Of a DNA stretch of 64,000 bases, positions 51,839-64,000 are shown piece after piece. Both the position numbers and the translations under genes were made by a program. Source of the stretch: Octopus sinensis (lineage: Eukaryota); NCBI RefSeq assembly GCF_006345805.1, contig NC_042998.1, positions 132,432,001 through 132,496,000 of the forward strand, given 5' to 3'. The notes beneath the pieces are model-generated. The model made no database searches. It saw only the letters and a program-made list of their open reading frames with translations, and was not told where the DNA came from. How positions within the stretch are numbered: the first letter of the stretch is position 1; the number at the start of each line of letters is the position of its first letter.

Positions 51839-53702
51839 TATTGTTGTTGTTGTTGTTGTTGCTGCTCAGCCTCTGAGCACAGCTATGAGCAAAAGGTATT
51901 CTACATGCGACCACCCCATATTCTTATCTTGAGGGAGACATTGTTAGTATTTCTTGCAGGTCACGTGACTACATAGAGGCTACTTTATTGTTGCCTTGAC
52001 CACTTATTGTCCTATTATGTTATCAAAAAATATAACAACCATATATATATATATATATATATTTACCATGTGAACTACAATGAAAAAATATGACAAAGAT
52101 ATGGTACATGATTTTTTTTCTACAGGGGTTCCTTGAAATATGTAATTTATTTTAAGGGTAAAAAGGTTGAGAAAACCCTGAGTAGAGGATTGAAGCTTGA
52201 CACAGACAGCTAAGAAGCAAGTGTGGAGGAGGACCTGATCCACTGTCAACTAGGATGTTGTGTATTTGATTAATTGTTTTCAGTCACACCAGTTAAAGCA
52301 AAGGAAATACAAAAAAAAAATCTCTTGGCCTCCACTCCTATCCTCCTGAATAGAATGCTAGTCTGTTTACAATCTACACATTCCATGGTTCTGTCCAGAA
52401 AAGAATTAGCTGAATTTGGCACTTTTGAGCCCACATAGCTGTTTGATAATTTATTAGGTGTATGTGAAAATGTTATCCTATCTGTAGTTCCTGCTTTACA
52501 GCCAGCTGGACTGAGTTACTTGAATGCCTAAGACTATCCTCCCCTTTACTTCTCTCTCTCTGTCTCTCCCTCTCTCCCCATCTGCCTTTCTTACTGTCAC
52601 CATTTTTCTCTTACTCTACATCATTTCTTCTTTTTTCTCTCTTTAATCTCTCTATCTCTCTCTCTCTCTTTCCTCTAGTCTTCTTAAATATTTGCTTGCG
52701 AAGCCAATTTATCAATTGATTATTTCAGTTTTAATTTGCCGTATTTTTCTTTTTTTAATTTACTTAAAAATTTTCAAAATCCCAGAATATTAATGATAAA
52801 TCATAATAAAAATAAATAACAAAAATGAATCATAATCTATTTGAAGAGATTTCAAAATAAAAGAACCAAAATCTATTTTTCTGTTTTTCTTAATAATAAT
52901 CACATCATAATTCTCAACAATATTATTTGCATCCACATTCAGTATGATTACCATTATTTCTCATTACCACCATCTCTTCAAACACCACCACCACCACCAC
53001 CGCCGCCACCATCATCGCAATAGAGCTATTTTCTTTACATTTCACATTTTCTCTTTTCTTATATTTTGTTCTTGTTTAATTTAATACTTAATGAAGTGGT
53101 TTAAAAATGCTCTCTCTCTCTCTCTCTCTCTCTCTCATACACCCACAAATATGTATATATATATATACACACATATACATATATCTGTGTGTGTGTCTAC
53201 TTGTATTCATACATACAAAATATTGAACAGATATAGGTTCAGTTTTGCAAAGACAAATTGTTGTTGTTGTTGAATATCTTCTCTTTGTTGTATTCGTTTT
53301 CTTTTTTCTTTTTTTTTTTTTCTGTTATTTCAATCTTTCACTTCCTTCTCCTTTGGCAGGAAATTAAGACTTGTTGCTATGACAATTTCTCCTCCTTGGA
53401 AACTCTTCTAAACTCTTTCATTTTTCCTCACCATTTTTTACCCTTTCTTCTTTTGCTCTGCATATCTCACTTGTTTCCTCTGTCTGTCTGTCATGCTTGC
53501 ACCATCACAACTTTCCTCTCATTCTGCCTTGCTCGGCATGACCAGTTGCCATTTCCCTTTCTCTCTCTCTCTCTCTCTCTCCTGTTTTGCTTTATCACTT
53601 TCTGTTGCTCCCTAGCTTTCTCCTTTCAGCTTATTCTCTCTGCCATACCTCTCCACTTGTCCTCAGTTCTTCTCTCCCTTTCCCTCTCTCTCCCTCTTTC
53701 TC

Positions 53703-53737
<35 letters not shown>

Positions 53738-54302
53738 TCATCTATCTCTCTTCCTTCTCACATACACACAGTCTTGACTGTCAAATGATTATTCTCAAAT
53801 TCAAGCTATGCTGTCCATGATTTCTCCACCACCACCACCACCACACCACCACCACCACCATTATCCACAGCGAGGTGAGATGGAAGGTGGGGTTGTTATT
53901 GAAGGATTGATCAGCAGTAAATAAACACTTGCCTTTTTCTAACTAACTTGCTTAATCAAATGAAATGCCTTTGTAGATGTTTAGTGGAGCAATTTTCATT
54001 ACAGGACTGGAGAGAACATGGAGTGTGACATTGTCACTTTGTTTTATGAATCTGAAATTTTATCTTATCGGCTGTTACTATTAACTGTATAACTATTATA
54101 TTTATACTGTGACTACATATGTTTCTTGATATTGTGAATTTGAATTTGACTGAGATTGAGTGACTTTACCTATTGTTTTCTGAAGTTGATAGAATAAGTA
54201 CCATTTAAGCACCTTGGTTTTCACGTGTCTGAATGTTTCTTCCTTTCGTATTTGTAGTCTAATGGCTCTTTTTAGCACCCTCACTGAAAGTGACGGATGA
54301 GC

Positions 54303-54348
<46 letters not shown>

Positions 54349-54839
54349 CAATCATACTCATATAGTTATGAATTCAATTTAAAATGCATGTACATATATT
54401 AATACATATCGACACCTGAATATTTAAAAAAAATATTTATAATAAATATATATATAATATATATATGTACAAATGTACATAAAAATTCATGTAAATAAAA
54501 CCCATGTGGGATACGTACGGAAGAAAGTGTGAGAAAAAGAGAACTGATCAAAATTTTTTTGTGCTAAAATTAAGAGTGGTTAAGAATTTCAGTTGAAAGA
54601 TCCATAGAGTTCAATGTGTTTTTTTTAAATATATAAATGGTATATAATACAGTTTGAGGAAGTCCACTTTATATGGCCTTTCCCAGAGTTCATGTCCTGA
54701 TATGACTGACTAATTTGAGTTTATATCTCAATTCTTATCTTTTGTCTTGGGTTCGATCCGATCCTTAAGCAGTTTTATATTTTTGTAAGAAAGAACAATA
54801 ATATATATATATATGTATTTATATATATATATATATATA

Positions 54840-54876
<37 letters not shown>

Positions 54877-54960
54877 AAGAGAGTGTAACTCGTGGAAGTT
54901 TCTGAATGGTACTTTGAATTTATTTAGTAATGCAGCCCAGCTGACAATGAGCCATTCATA

Positions 54961-55587
54961 TCTTTTATCTTTTACTTGTTTCACTTATTAGGCTGTGGCT
55001 ATGCTGGGGCACTGCTTATTGGTCTTTTTTGCCGAACTGCTAAGTTACAAGGATGCAAATACACCAACACTGGTTGTGAAGTGGTGGGCAGCAGGGAGGG
55101 ACAAGGACACACACACACACACACATATTTATATATATGTGGCACATAAAAACACCATCCGAGCGTGGCCGTCTGCCAGCCTCGTCTGGCACCTGTGTCG
55201 GTGGCACATAAAAAACACCATCCGAGCGTGGCCATTTGCCAGCCTCGTCTGGCACCTGTGTCGGTCACCCATTACACTCTCGGAGTGGTTGGCGTTAGGA
55301 AGGGCATCCCGCTGTAGAAACACTGCCAGATCTGACTGGACTGGTGCAGCTTTCGGGCTCCCCAGACCCCAGTTGAACCGTCCAACCCAAGCTAGCATGG
55401 AAAGCGGACGTTAAATGATGATGATGATATATACAATGGGCTTCTTTCAGTTTCAGTCTATCAAATCCATTCACAAGGCTTTGGTCAACCTGGGACTATA
55501 GTAGAAAACATTTGCCCAAGTTGCCATGTATCGGGAACCGTGTGGTTGGGAAGCGAGCTTCTTATCACACACAGCCATGTCTGCGCC
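54961..55587 (-). mobile_element. SINE family A interrupted by a nested RTE-tail insertion
   Basis: 3' half at 54961-55110, 5' half at 55433-55587, with the insert at 55139-55428 inside the central microsatellite. Confidence 0.8.
55139..55428 (+). mobile_element. Short copy of the RTE 3' end with two ~60-bp units
   Basis: gtggcacataaaaacaccatccg units, then ggagtggttggcgttaggaagggcatcc...gcatggaaagcggacgttaaa(tga)n. Confidence 0.85.
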
Positions 55588-57712
55588 AATGTACAACCCA
55601 TTCCTCAAACAAAGGTTACCCATGCCTGATACAGGGCATCAAATAAAATGCCTTGTGATACACAACCATTGAGTTCCTCCTCTGATTTCTCTTGGAGCAA
55701 TAAACTATGTACCAGCTGTGTTTTGGGATTGATTCAATTTGAGCCTTTCATATAAATAAATATTCTCTCTTCATTGTTAGCAGTCATGTCTCCCAATGAC
55801 TGCTGAAAAAAAAAAAGAAAGAAAAAGAAACTAGGTTTTTGGATCACTGTGACACATACTTAATATAATTAAAATCCTTTAATTAATTTTATAGCCTCAT
55901 AGAGGTTACTGAAAGTAATTTCTTTCTTTTTCTTTTTTTTATATGAATTGTATATTTTGAAAATCAAAGCATTGCACATGAAAGGAGTCAACAGTATCAA
56001 ACAATCTACAAGAAATTTTTAATATAATTTATTGTATATTGTTCTTTGTTTATGCTACTGAAATGTACTTCCTGGGTCTAAAGTTAAAGCTGAATCAACA
56101 GAATCTACCTTATTAGCTGTATTCTCATCCCAAATACTTCAAAAGCAGGTACACACCCATACAAACTCATGAATATATATACATCTCTTCACACAAACAG
56201 CTCTACATACATGTTTCTACTCTGCTTCTCTCACGCCCACCACATAATATATATAGCTAAGGAAAGTTTGCTCCCAGGTGCCCAAAGAAACAGAAATGCA
56301 AATTAACCTCTTGGCAGTTTCTACTGGTCAGCTTTCTCTTTTTATTATCCACCAGAAGGTTAAAGTTCATGAGCACTGATGAAATTTCATACATTTCAAA
56401 CCTTGTAACCATAGTGGCAGTGGTGGTGGTGGTGGGGGGGGGGGAGGTTGTGCTAGTTGTTGTTGTTGTTGATGTTGTGGTTGTGGTAGTGGTGCTGGTG
56501 CTAGTTGGGACGGAAACAGAAACTACAGGTTGCCTTTTTAGGTTGTAGAATAAATTGATGCTTTCTGTAAGGTCAGGAGTCACACAGTGTGTGTGTGCTT
56601 GGGTTGGTGAAGGAGCCTTAATTTCCATCTCTGCTTCTTCATTCTATCCTTACCACCACCACCATCACCATCTACTACAATTAGTATTCTAGTAAGGTTT
56701 TCTTTCTTTCCATTCTTTTCTAAATCTTATTAAACAACCACCTGTGTTATATGTGTGCAGCATGGACGTTAGTTTTAGTATTCTTTCCACCTTGGCACAT
56801 TTATGATTAATTACATTGATAGCAATGACGCACGCACACACACAATCATATTGTAAGCGCTCACATATACGCATAACTAAGCCACATGGGTATTATTTCG
56901 CTGTTTAGTACTAGTATCTATTTTTGGAGTAAATTTGAACATCACTTGATCATCACTTCTTCATCCTATACCTTCTCATCTGTTGAGAGCAACACTCTTT
57001 GATCTGTTCTCTTCAGTTTTTCTTTCAGGTTAGGACCTTTGAGATTGGTGAGGGAAATGGGGAAAAAGAAGCTGATTCATGGGTTCATTGTTCGGTCTCA
57101 GGACTGTCTTAATCAAGCAGACTTTATGGCCAAGGCCTTTTTAACTACGGATTATTATTTTTTCTCAAACAAAATCACTTACAAAACATTTCAAATTTAT
57201 TATTTTAAGGCCCACCAGTTATCTCAAAACTCATCCTTTTGACAACCTTTGCACTTTTGTTATGCAGTACAAGTTTGCTTATTTTGGATGCCATATCATG
57301 GCATATTGTATAGATTAGCAATCAAAAGGCAATTTTAACAGTAGCTTATTTTAGCACACTTAACCTTGAAGACTTTTTTTTTTAAATCACTAACCTGTCA
57401 GTGAATCATACACTGAGTGAATGTAGCAGGTACTTTACTAACCATAGCTTGATCCCCCCCTCCCTCTGTCATTGATGCTGTACTATTGGTACATGAAGGA
57501 ATACAGTCCTTCTGTTCCTTTGAATAATAATGAAAAGGGTCCACTTTGGGTGAGGCCTCTTCACCTGTTCTACATCCAGCTGTGACCAATAAAATAGTTT
57601 TCATACTCACTGGTTTCATAAAAAAATATCTGACAAATACCAATAGTTGACAAGCATTTATAATGTTGGTTATAAGAAGATGTTTAACTAACCATTTAAT
57701 TACCAATCAATT

Positions 57713-57747
<35 letters not shown>

Positions 57748-57847
57748 GGGGTAATGGACTATGACAAAAACACAGCATCGTCATTATCATCATCAAAAAT
57801 CTTGAGGTTACTTCTTAAGAGGAATACTTTCATCTACTCATCTAGAC

Positions 57848-58026
57848 CAGTGCTTTTCAAACTTTTTGCTGGAGCGGAACCCCAAGGAAACATTCCACTG
57901 GCTTGAGGAACCCCTGTGCAATAATTTAATAGTCTTATGCACACATATTTGCACAGGAGAATTAAAAATTACTGCCGATTTTAGCAGTTTTGTAACTTCT
58001 TGCGGAACCCTGGTTGAAAACCACTG
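57848..58026. mobile_element. hAT-type MITE, 179 bp (internally deleted relative of 4469-4687)
   Basis: TIRs cagtgcttttcaaac / ggttgaaaaccactg; TSD atctagac / gtctagac (7/8 match, NTCTAGAN-type target). Confidence 0.88.
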
Positions 58027-59254
58027 GTCTAGACTCTGCCTCATTTGCTTTCAAACACATCCTTTTCACAGTTCTGTCTCTCTCTCTTAATCCTGTCACA
58101 AATACATGTAAGCATTGTGCTTCACCTCCCTCTTTACACACATGAACACATATCTCTGTCTTTGTCACTGGTGAACAGAGCCACACACTACATGCACACA
58201 CACACACTCACACACCTTTTCACCTTACCTCCAATCAAATTACCTGTCAAACCAACCCCCTTCACATTCCTCCACTGTCAGATATGTAATGGTTGGATGG
58301 TCATAGTGTTGGATTGTTGACCTTAAAGGTCATGCTTTTGAACCTTTTAGCTGTCAGTGTTTTTAGCATAGCTTTGTATATGCTTTAGTTTATGGTAGCT
58401 AGAAATAAATAGCCACCACCCACCTTTTCATAGCCTATCATAACACACACACACACACACACAAAGAGAATGTGTGTGTCTGTCGTCAGATGATCAGTGT
58501 TCTGTTTTTGTTTTTTTCCTTTCTTAAGCATTTCTCTATTGGTAAGTGAAATGCTCAATTGATTTCTGTAAATGGGAAGGAGTGGCTTGCTACACACACA
58601 CACAAATATTTATCCCTCTTTCACATACAACATAAACACACCTACACATGTGTTAGAATGACATTCTTATTCTGCTGGTTTTAATCATTGGATTGCAGCC
58701 ATGCTTAGTAGGCATTGCCTTTGATTCAATATCAGTCTTATTTTAGCTGACTACATTGTATAAAATGTATGCACATTATGTACTTCTGAGCAATTTACTT
58801 CTACCAAAATCCATAAACAAAGTTATTGGTCAACATGGAGCTACACATTTTGACTAAGTGTGTTGTAAATCCGTTTTTGTTTGTTTGTTCTTTGTATAAT
58901 ATGATTGTTAAATTTTATGGATATATGGTTGGAATTCTAAGGGTAACTTCAGGACTTGCTCCAATTCAACTTGCAATGTTGTGCCCCTGTTTGTATCTTT
59001 CTTTCTTTCTTTCTTTCTCTCATACACATATTTATATGAACTTTCTCTCACGTACCTGCATTTAAGCTAGATACAATGTATATCAATTAACAAGTTGAAC
59101 TTGCTCTCTTTCTCTGTGTGTGTGGTGTGTGTGTGTGTGTGTGTGTGTGTGTTAGGGGTAATGGACTATGACAAAAACACAGCATCGTCATTATCATCAT
59201 CAAAAATCTTGAGGTTACTTCTTAAGAGGAATACTTTCATCTACTCATCTAGAC

Positions 59255-59433
59255 CAGTGCTTTTCAAACTTTTTGCTGGAGCGGAACCCCAAGGAAACAT
59301 TCCACTGGCTTGAGGAACCCCTGTGCAATAATTTAATAGTCTTATGCACACATATTTGCACAGGAGAATTAAAAATTACTGCCGATTTTAGCAGTTTTGT
59401 AACTTCTTGCGGAACCCTGGTTGAAAACCACTG
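59255..59433. mobile_element. Duplicate of the 57848-58026 MITE, inside the second duplication unit
   Basis: Same sequence and flanks at offset 1407. Confidence 0.88.
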
Positions 59434-60519
59434 GTCTAGACTCTGCCTCATTTGCTTTCAAACACATCCTTTTCACAGTTCTGTCTCTCTCTCTTAATCC
59501 TGTCACAAATACATGTAAGCATTGTGCTTCACCTCCCTCTTTACACACATGAACACATATCTCTGTCTTTGTCACTGGTGAACAGAGCCACACACTACAT
59601 GCACACACACACACTCACACACCTTTTCACCTTACCTCCAATCAAATTACCTGTCAAACCAACCCCCTTCACATTCCTCCACTGTCAGATATGTAATGGT
59701 TGGATGGTCATAGTGTTGGATTGTTGACCTTAAAGGTCATGCTTTTGAACCTTTTAGCTGTCAGTGTTTTTAGCATAGCTTTGTATATGCTTTAGTTTAT
59801 GGTAGCTAGAAATAAATAGCCACCACCCACCTTTTCATAGCCTATCATAACACACACACACACACACACAAAGAGAATGTGTGTGTCTGTCGTCAGATGA
59901 TCAGTGTTCTGTTTTTGTTTTTTTCCTTTCTTAAGCATTTCTCTATTGGTAAGTGAAATGCTCAATTGATTTCTGTAAATGGGAAGGAGTGGCTTGCTAC
60001 ACACACACACAAATATTTATCCCTCTTTCACATACAACATAAACACACCTACACATGTGTTAGAATGACATTCTTATTCTGCTGGTTTTAATCATTGGAT
60101 TGCAGCCATGCTTAGTAGGCATTGCCTTTGATTCAATATCAGTCTTATTTTAGCTGACTACATTGTATAAAATGTATGCACATTATGTACTTCTGAGCAA
60201 TTTACTTCTACCAAAATCCATAAACAAAGTTATTGGTCAACATGGAGCTACACATTTTTGACTAAGTGTGTTGTAAATCCGTTTTTGTTTGTTTGTTCTT
60301 TGTATAATATGATTGTTAAATTTTATGGATATATGGTTGGAATTCTAAGGGTAACTTCAGGACTTGCTCCAATTCAACTTGCAATGTTGTGCCCCTGTTT
60401 GTATCTTTCTTTCTTTCTTTCTTTCTCTCATACACATATTTATATGAACTTTCTCTCACGTACCTGCATTTAAGCTAGATACAATGTATATCAATTAACA
60501 AGTTGAACTTGCTCTCTTT

Positions 60520-60564
<45 letters not shown>

Positions 60565-61304
60565 GCGCACACCACACCACCTACACATCTCTTCTCTCTC
60601 CAGTATTCCATTGTTTATCTATTATGGAGAGACATCAAAGGTTAAAGTGAATTTATTGAATAACCATTTCCCACAGGTTCAAATTCTGCGGCTGTTCATA
60701 TTCAAATGTTAATCTTTGCCACTTGAACATATTCAAATAAACTAGAACTGTTTATTTAAAGAAATCTATTCCTCCAGCTGTCCATCAGGTTATTGTTTAT
60801 GTTTATTATTGTTGTTGTTGTTAACAGTGTTGGGTGGATTGGCAGAATTTTTAGTGTACTGGACAACTCAAACTTCATTTTTTAACAAAATGACTGAACT
60901 GTTCCATTAAAAGTGATGATTTATTTGCAAAATTATTACCGATATTGAAAAAAGTTTACATCATTATTCTAGAACTTCTTTTGATAAAATATTCATAGAA
61001 AAAGTGTGTATAGAAATCCATAAAGATGTCTGTGCTTTGCATCTTTATTTATCTTCATAACAGGATTGTCTCTATTTTCCATTCTGCTTAAAATGACATA
61101 AAGCTCACCGCTTAGTGCTCCAATCTACTTTCATTTAAATTTTCACGCTGTTCCTTCTCTGTTTGGCACTCAGACTAGCCTAGTGTAATGAACACCTCAT
61201 TCTTCCCCTCATTCTCATTTTACTTTTCTTACTATCACTCACTCTGTATTTATCATTTTCTTCCTAAGCCCATTCTATCTCCTGACCATGACAGCAATTA
61301 CACA

Positions 61305-61520
61305 AGGTGGAGGTGGCTGAATCATTAGCATGCTGGGCAAAAATGCTTAGTGGAATTTTGTCCAACTTTACAATTCTGAGTTCAAATTCTGCCCAGGTCG
61401 ACTTTGTCTTTTATCCTTTTTGGGGTCAATGAAATAAGTACCAGTTGAGCACCGGGGGTCAGTTTAATAGACTAGGCCCCTCCCACAAAATAATAATCCC
61501 ATAGTAGAAAGGATTCTTAT
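61305..61520 (+). mobile_element. SINE family B, degenerate
   Basis: gaatcattagcatgctgggc...gagttcaaattctgcccaggtcgactttg...tcctttttggggtcaatgaaataagtaccag. Confidence 0.75.
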
Positions 61521-62527
61521 TAATATTATTAGTGGTGGTGACAGTAGTGGTGGTTGTTTTATAATATTGATGTTTTGTTTATCATGTGCTTTTTTTTTTC
61601 CTAACCTCTTTCCTTTTTGCCACATGGAATTATTTTAATCTTGAGTAAGGAATGACTATTTTTCTAAGTTGGTTTTCCTTATTTGCTTTGGGTTTTGTTA
61701 ATTACTATTTCAGTTTCTTTATTTGTATGTGCATATTTGCATATGTGAGATTACAGTAGTTTTGTATATGTTTGTGTGTGTATTAACCAGCAGGTAAAGC
61801 AAAAAGAACAAGAAAAAAAAAAAAGAAATTGTGACATCATCATCGTTTTCCATTATTCATACAGTCTAAAAAGATCTTCCACAGTCAACCATAAGTGGCT
61901 TCCCCTCCACACACTTCTTTACCATCATGCTGAAGATCTAAAAACAAAATATGTTTGAAGTTTTACCTGGTTTGAGTTGATATTTTTTCCCCTTAAGGAA
62001 GTAAATGCTTATGCATTTCATGTTTCGGTGGGTGGGGGACAAGAGAGAGGTGAGAGTAGCGGTGGTAGTATTGGAAGCGAGGAGATAAATGAATCGCAGG
62101 TAACCCTCTTCCCTCCTTTTGGTTTACTTTTATGAAATTTGTAAGTGTTGCTCTTATATTTCATACATTCAAGTCTATACGCATTCCTGCATGAATTTAA
62201 TGTAATTGCCATAACACACACACATGTGGCTGTGTTGTTAAGTTTTCTTTGCAACCCTTCAGATTTCAGTTTTGTCCCCAGTGCATGAAAGCTTAATCAA
62301 TTTTCTCTACTGTAGCCTTGGATTGATTTGCATCTTGCAAGAGAAACTTAATAGACAGGAACTATGCAAGGGTTGTACAAACACGCTTACTCACAACCAC
62401 ATGCCTCTGCCTATGTTTATCTCATGTTTTGTTTTTATGTTCTGTTATCTAGCAGTTCAACAAATAGTGCACAATAAAACACTGGTTTCAGTATGAACTA
62501 CCAAACTCTAATGACTAGAGTAGTGTC

Positions 62528-62557
62528 CATATATGTATATATAAATATATATATATG

Positions 62558-62616
<59 letters not shown>

Positions 62617-62815
62617 TATGTATATATATATGTATATATATGTATGTATATATATTATGTATATATGTATGTATATATATATGTATGTATATATATATGT
62701 ATGTATATATATATGTATGTATATATATATGTATGTATATATATATGTATGTATATATATATGTATGTATATATATATGTATGTATATATATATGTATGT
62801 ATGTATATATGTATG

Positions 62816-62848
<33 letters not shown>

Positions 62849-62926
62849 GTATATATGTATGTATGTATATATGTATATATATGTATATATATATGTATAT
62901 ATGTATATATATATGTATGTATGTAT

Positions 62927-62988
<62 letters not shown>

Positions 62989-63127
62989 GTATATATGTAT
63001 GTATGTATATATGTATATATATGTATATATGTATATATATGTATATATATATGTATGTATATATATATATATATATGTATGTATATATGTATATATATAT
63101 ATGTATGTATATATATATATATGTATG

Positions 63128-63179
<52 letters not shown>

Positions 63180-63250
63180 TGTATATGTATGTATGTATAT
63201 ATGTATGTATATATATATGTATGTATGTATATATATATATGTATGTATGC
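62528..63250. repeat. ~720-bp compound (TA)n/(TATG)n microsatellite
   Basis: Almost only alternating T/A with interspersed G; source of the 241-304 aa Y/I/M/V ORFs. Confidence 0.95.
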
Positions 63251-63469
63251 ATAATGAGAGAGATGGAAGATACGAGAATGGTTATTAATCACTACAATTG
63301 TTTAGATCCATCTAGCATTGATCTCTCACAGGTGGGATACTTAACAACTGGTTCGGGAGCATCCGACAGTGTAGATGTGCCTCTTCCATCTCTCTCATTA
63401 TTCAAATACCCAACAAACACTGTGAAAGTCTGTATTTTACTGGTAAGCTACCAGGTGTATACCATATGA

Positions 63470-63545
<76 letters not shown>

Positions 63546-64000
63546 TATATATATATACACACACACGCACACACACACATATACATTCTCTAAACTACTT
63601 GTTTCTGTTGTATCATATGAAAACTTTAAAAATTCTGGATACATCCTTATATGAAAAGGCTGTGTTGGACTTTATACCAATGGTTACTAGTATCCTGTGT
63701 TTGTGTGTGTTTATATCTTTGATAGCTAGTATTGCAAATGTATGCTTAAATGTTTCATCTAACCAGCTTTGTCTGGTGACCAGTAGGTTGAAATAAATAA
63801 TCGATAATAGCTGAAAGTTTTGAATGGTACCTGACATAACAAGTCGGGCAGATGGCCCATGGAGTCAAGTGCCATTCATCATCATTTCACATGAATATTG
63901 CCAACTGATCCAAATGCCAAAAGTGATTTCAGTCTAATCAATAAGGCTGCCTTAGATTCAATAAATTCAGACATGAAACAAATCTACACCTTTTGAATCT

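Larger units (their letters stand above)
57712..60560. repeat. Direct tandem duplication of ~1.37 kb between three (TG)n tracts
   Basis: 57745-59114 versus 59152-60522; offset 1407 becomes 1408 after one T-homopolymer indel (cacattttgac vs cacatttttgac). Confidence 0.95.

Noticed and set aside
56257-56628. Mucin-like Thr-rich minus-strand ORF
   Set aside because: Explained by (ggt)n/(gtt)n repeats; no convincing splice or start context.
62493-63469. Long ORFs of 241-304 aa in several frames
   Set aside because: Translations of a (TA)/(TATG) microsatellite that lacks stops in those frames.

Overview
Eukaryotic, AT-rich, repeat-dense genomic DNA. The repeat families look like those of octopus, which is an inference from remembered sequence, not a search. 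The window is mostly intron-like or intergenic and full of (TA)n, (CA)n, (GA)n and triplet microsatellites; nearly all ORFs in the supplied track are translations of these. The only clearly protein-coding sequence is a 5'-truncated, frameshifted RTE-type LINE (13878-15963, +). It encodes a reverse transcriptase (RT) with a PHD-like C4HC3 finger inside it and has a tandemly repeated 3' UTR that recurs as short copies elsewhere. Also present: two tRNA-headed SINE families, TIR-bounded MITEs with verified 8-bp target-site duplications (hAT-type and GG-terminal Merlin-like), TTAA-flanked and Helentron-like elements, an intron-containing tRNA-Met(CAT) gene or pseudogene (34356-34450, -), a 9 x 74-bp minisatellite, and a near-perfect ~1.4-kb tandem duplication bounded by (TG)n tracts. 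A few exon-like islands suggest a host gene, but I could not identify or reliably assemble it. There is no CRISPR or other prokaryotic system, and I found no convincing new multi-gene system.
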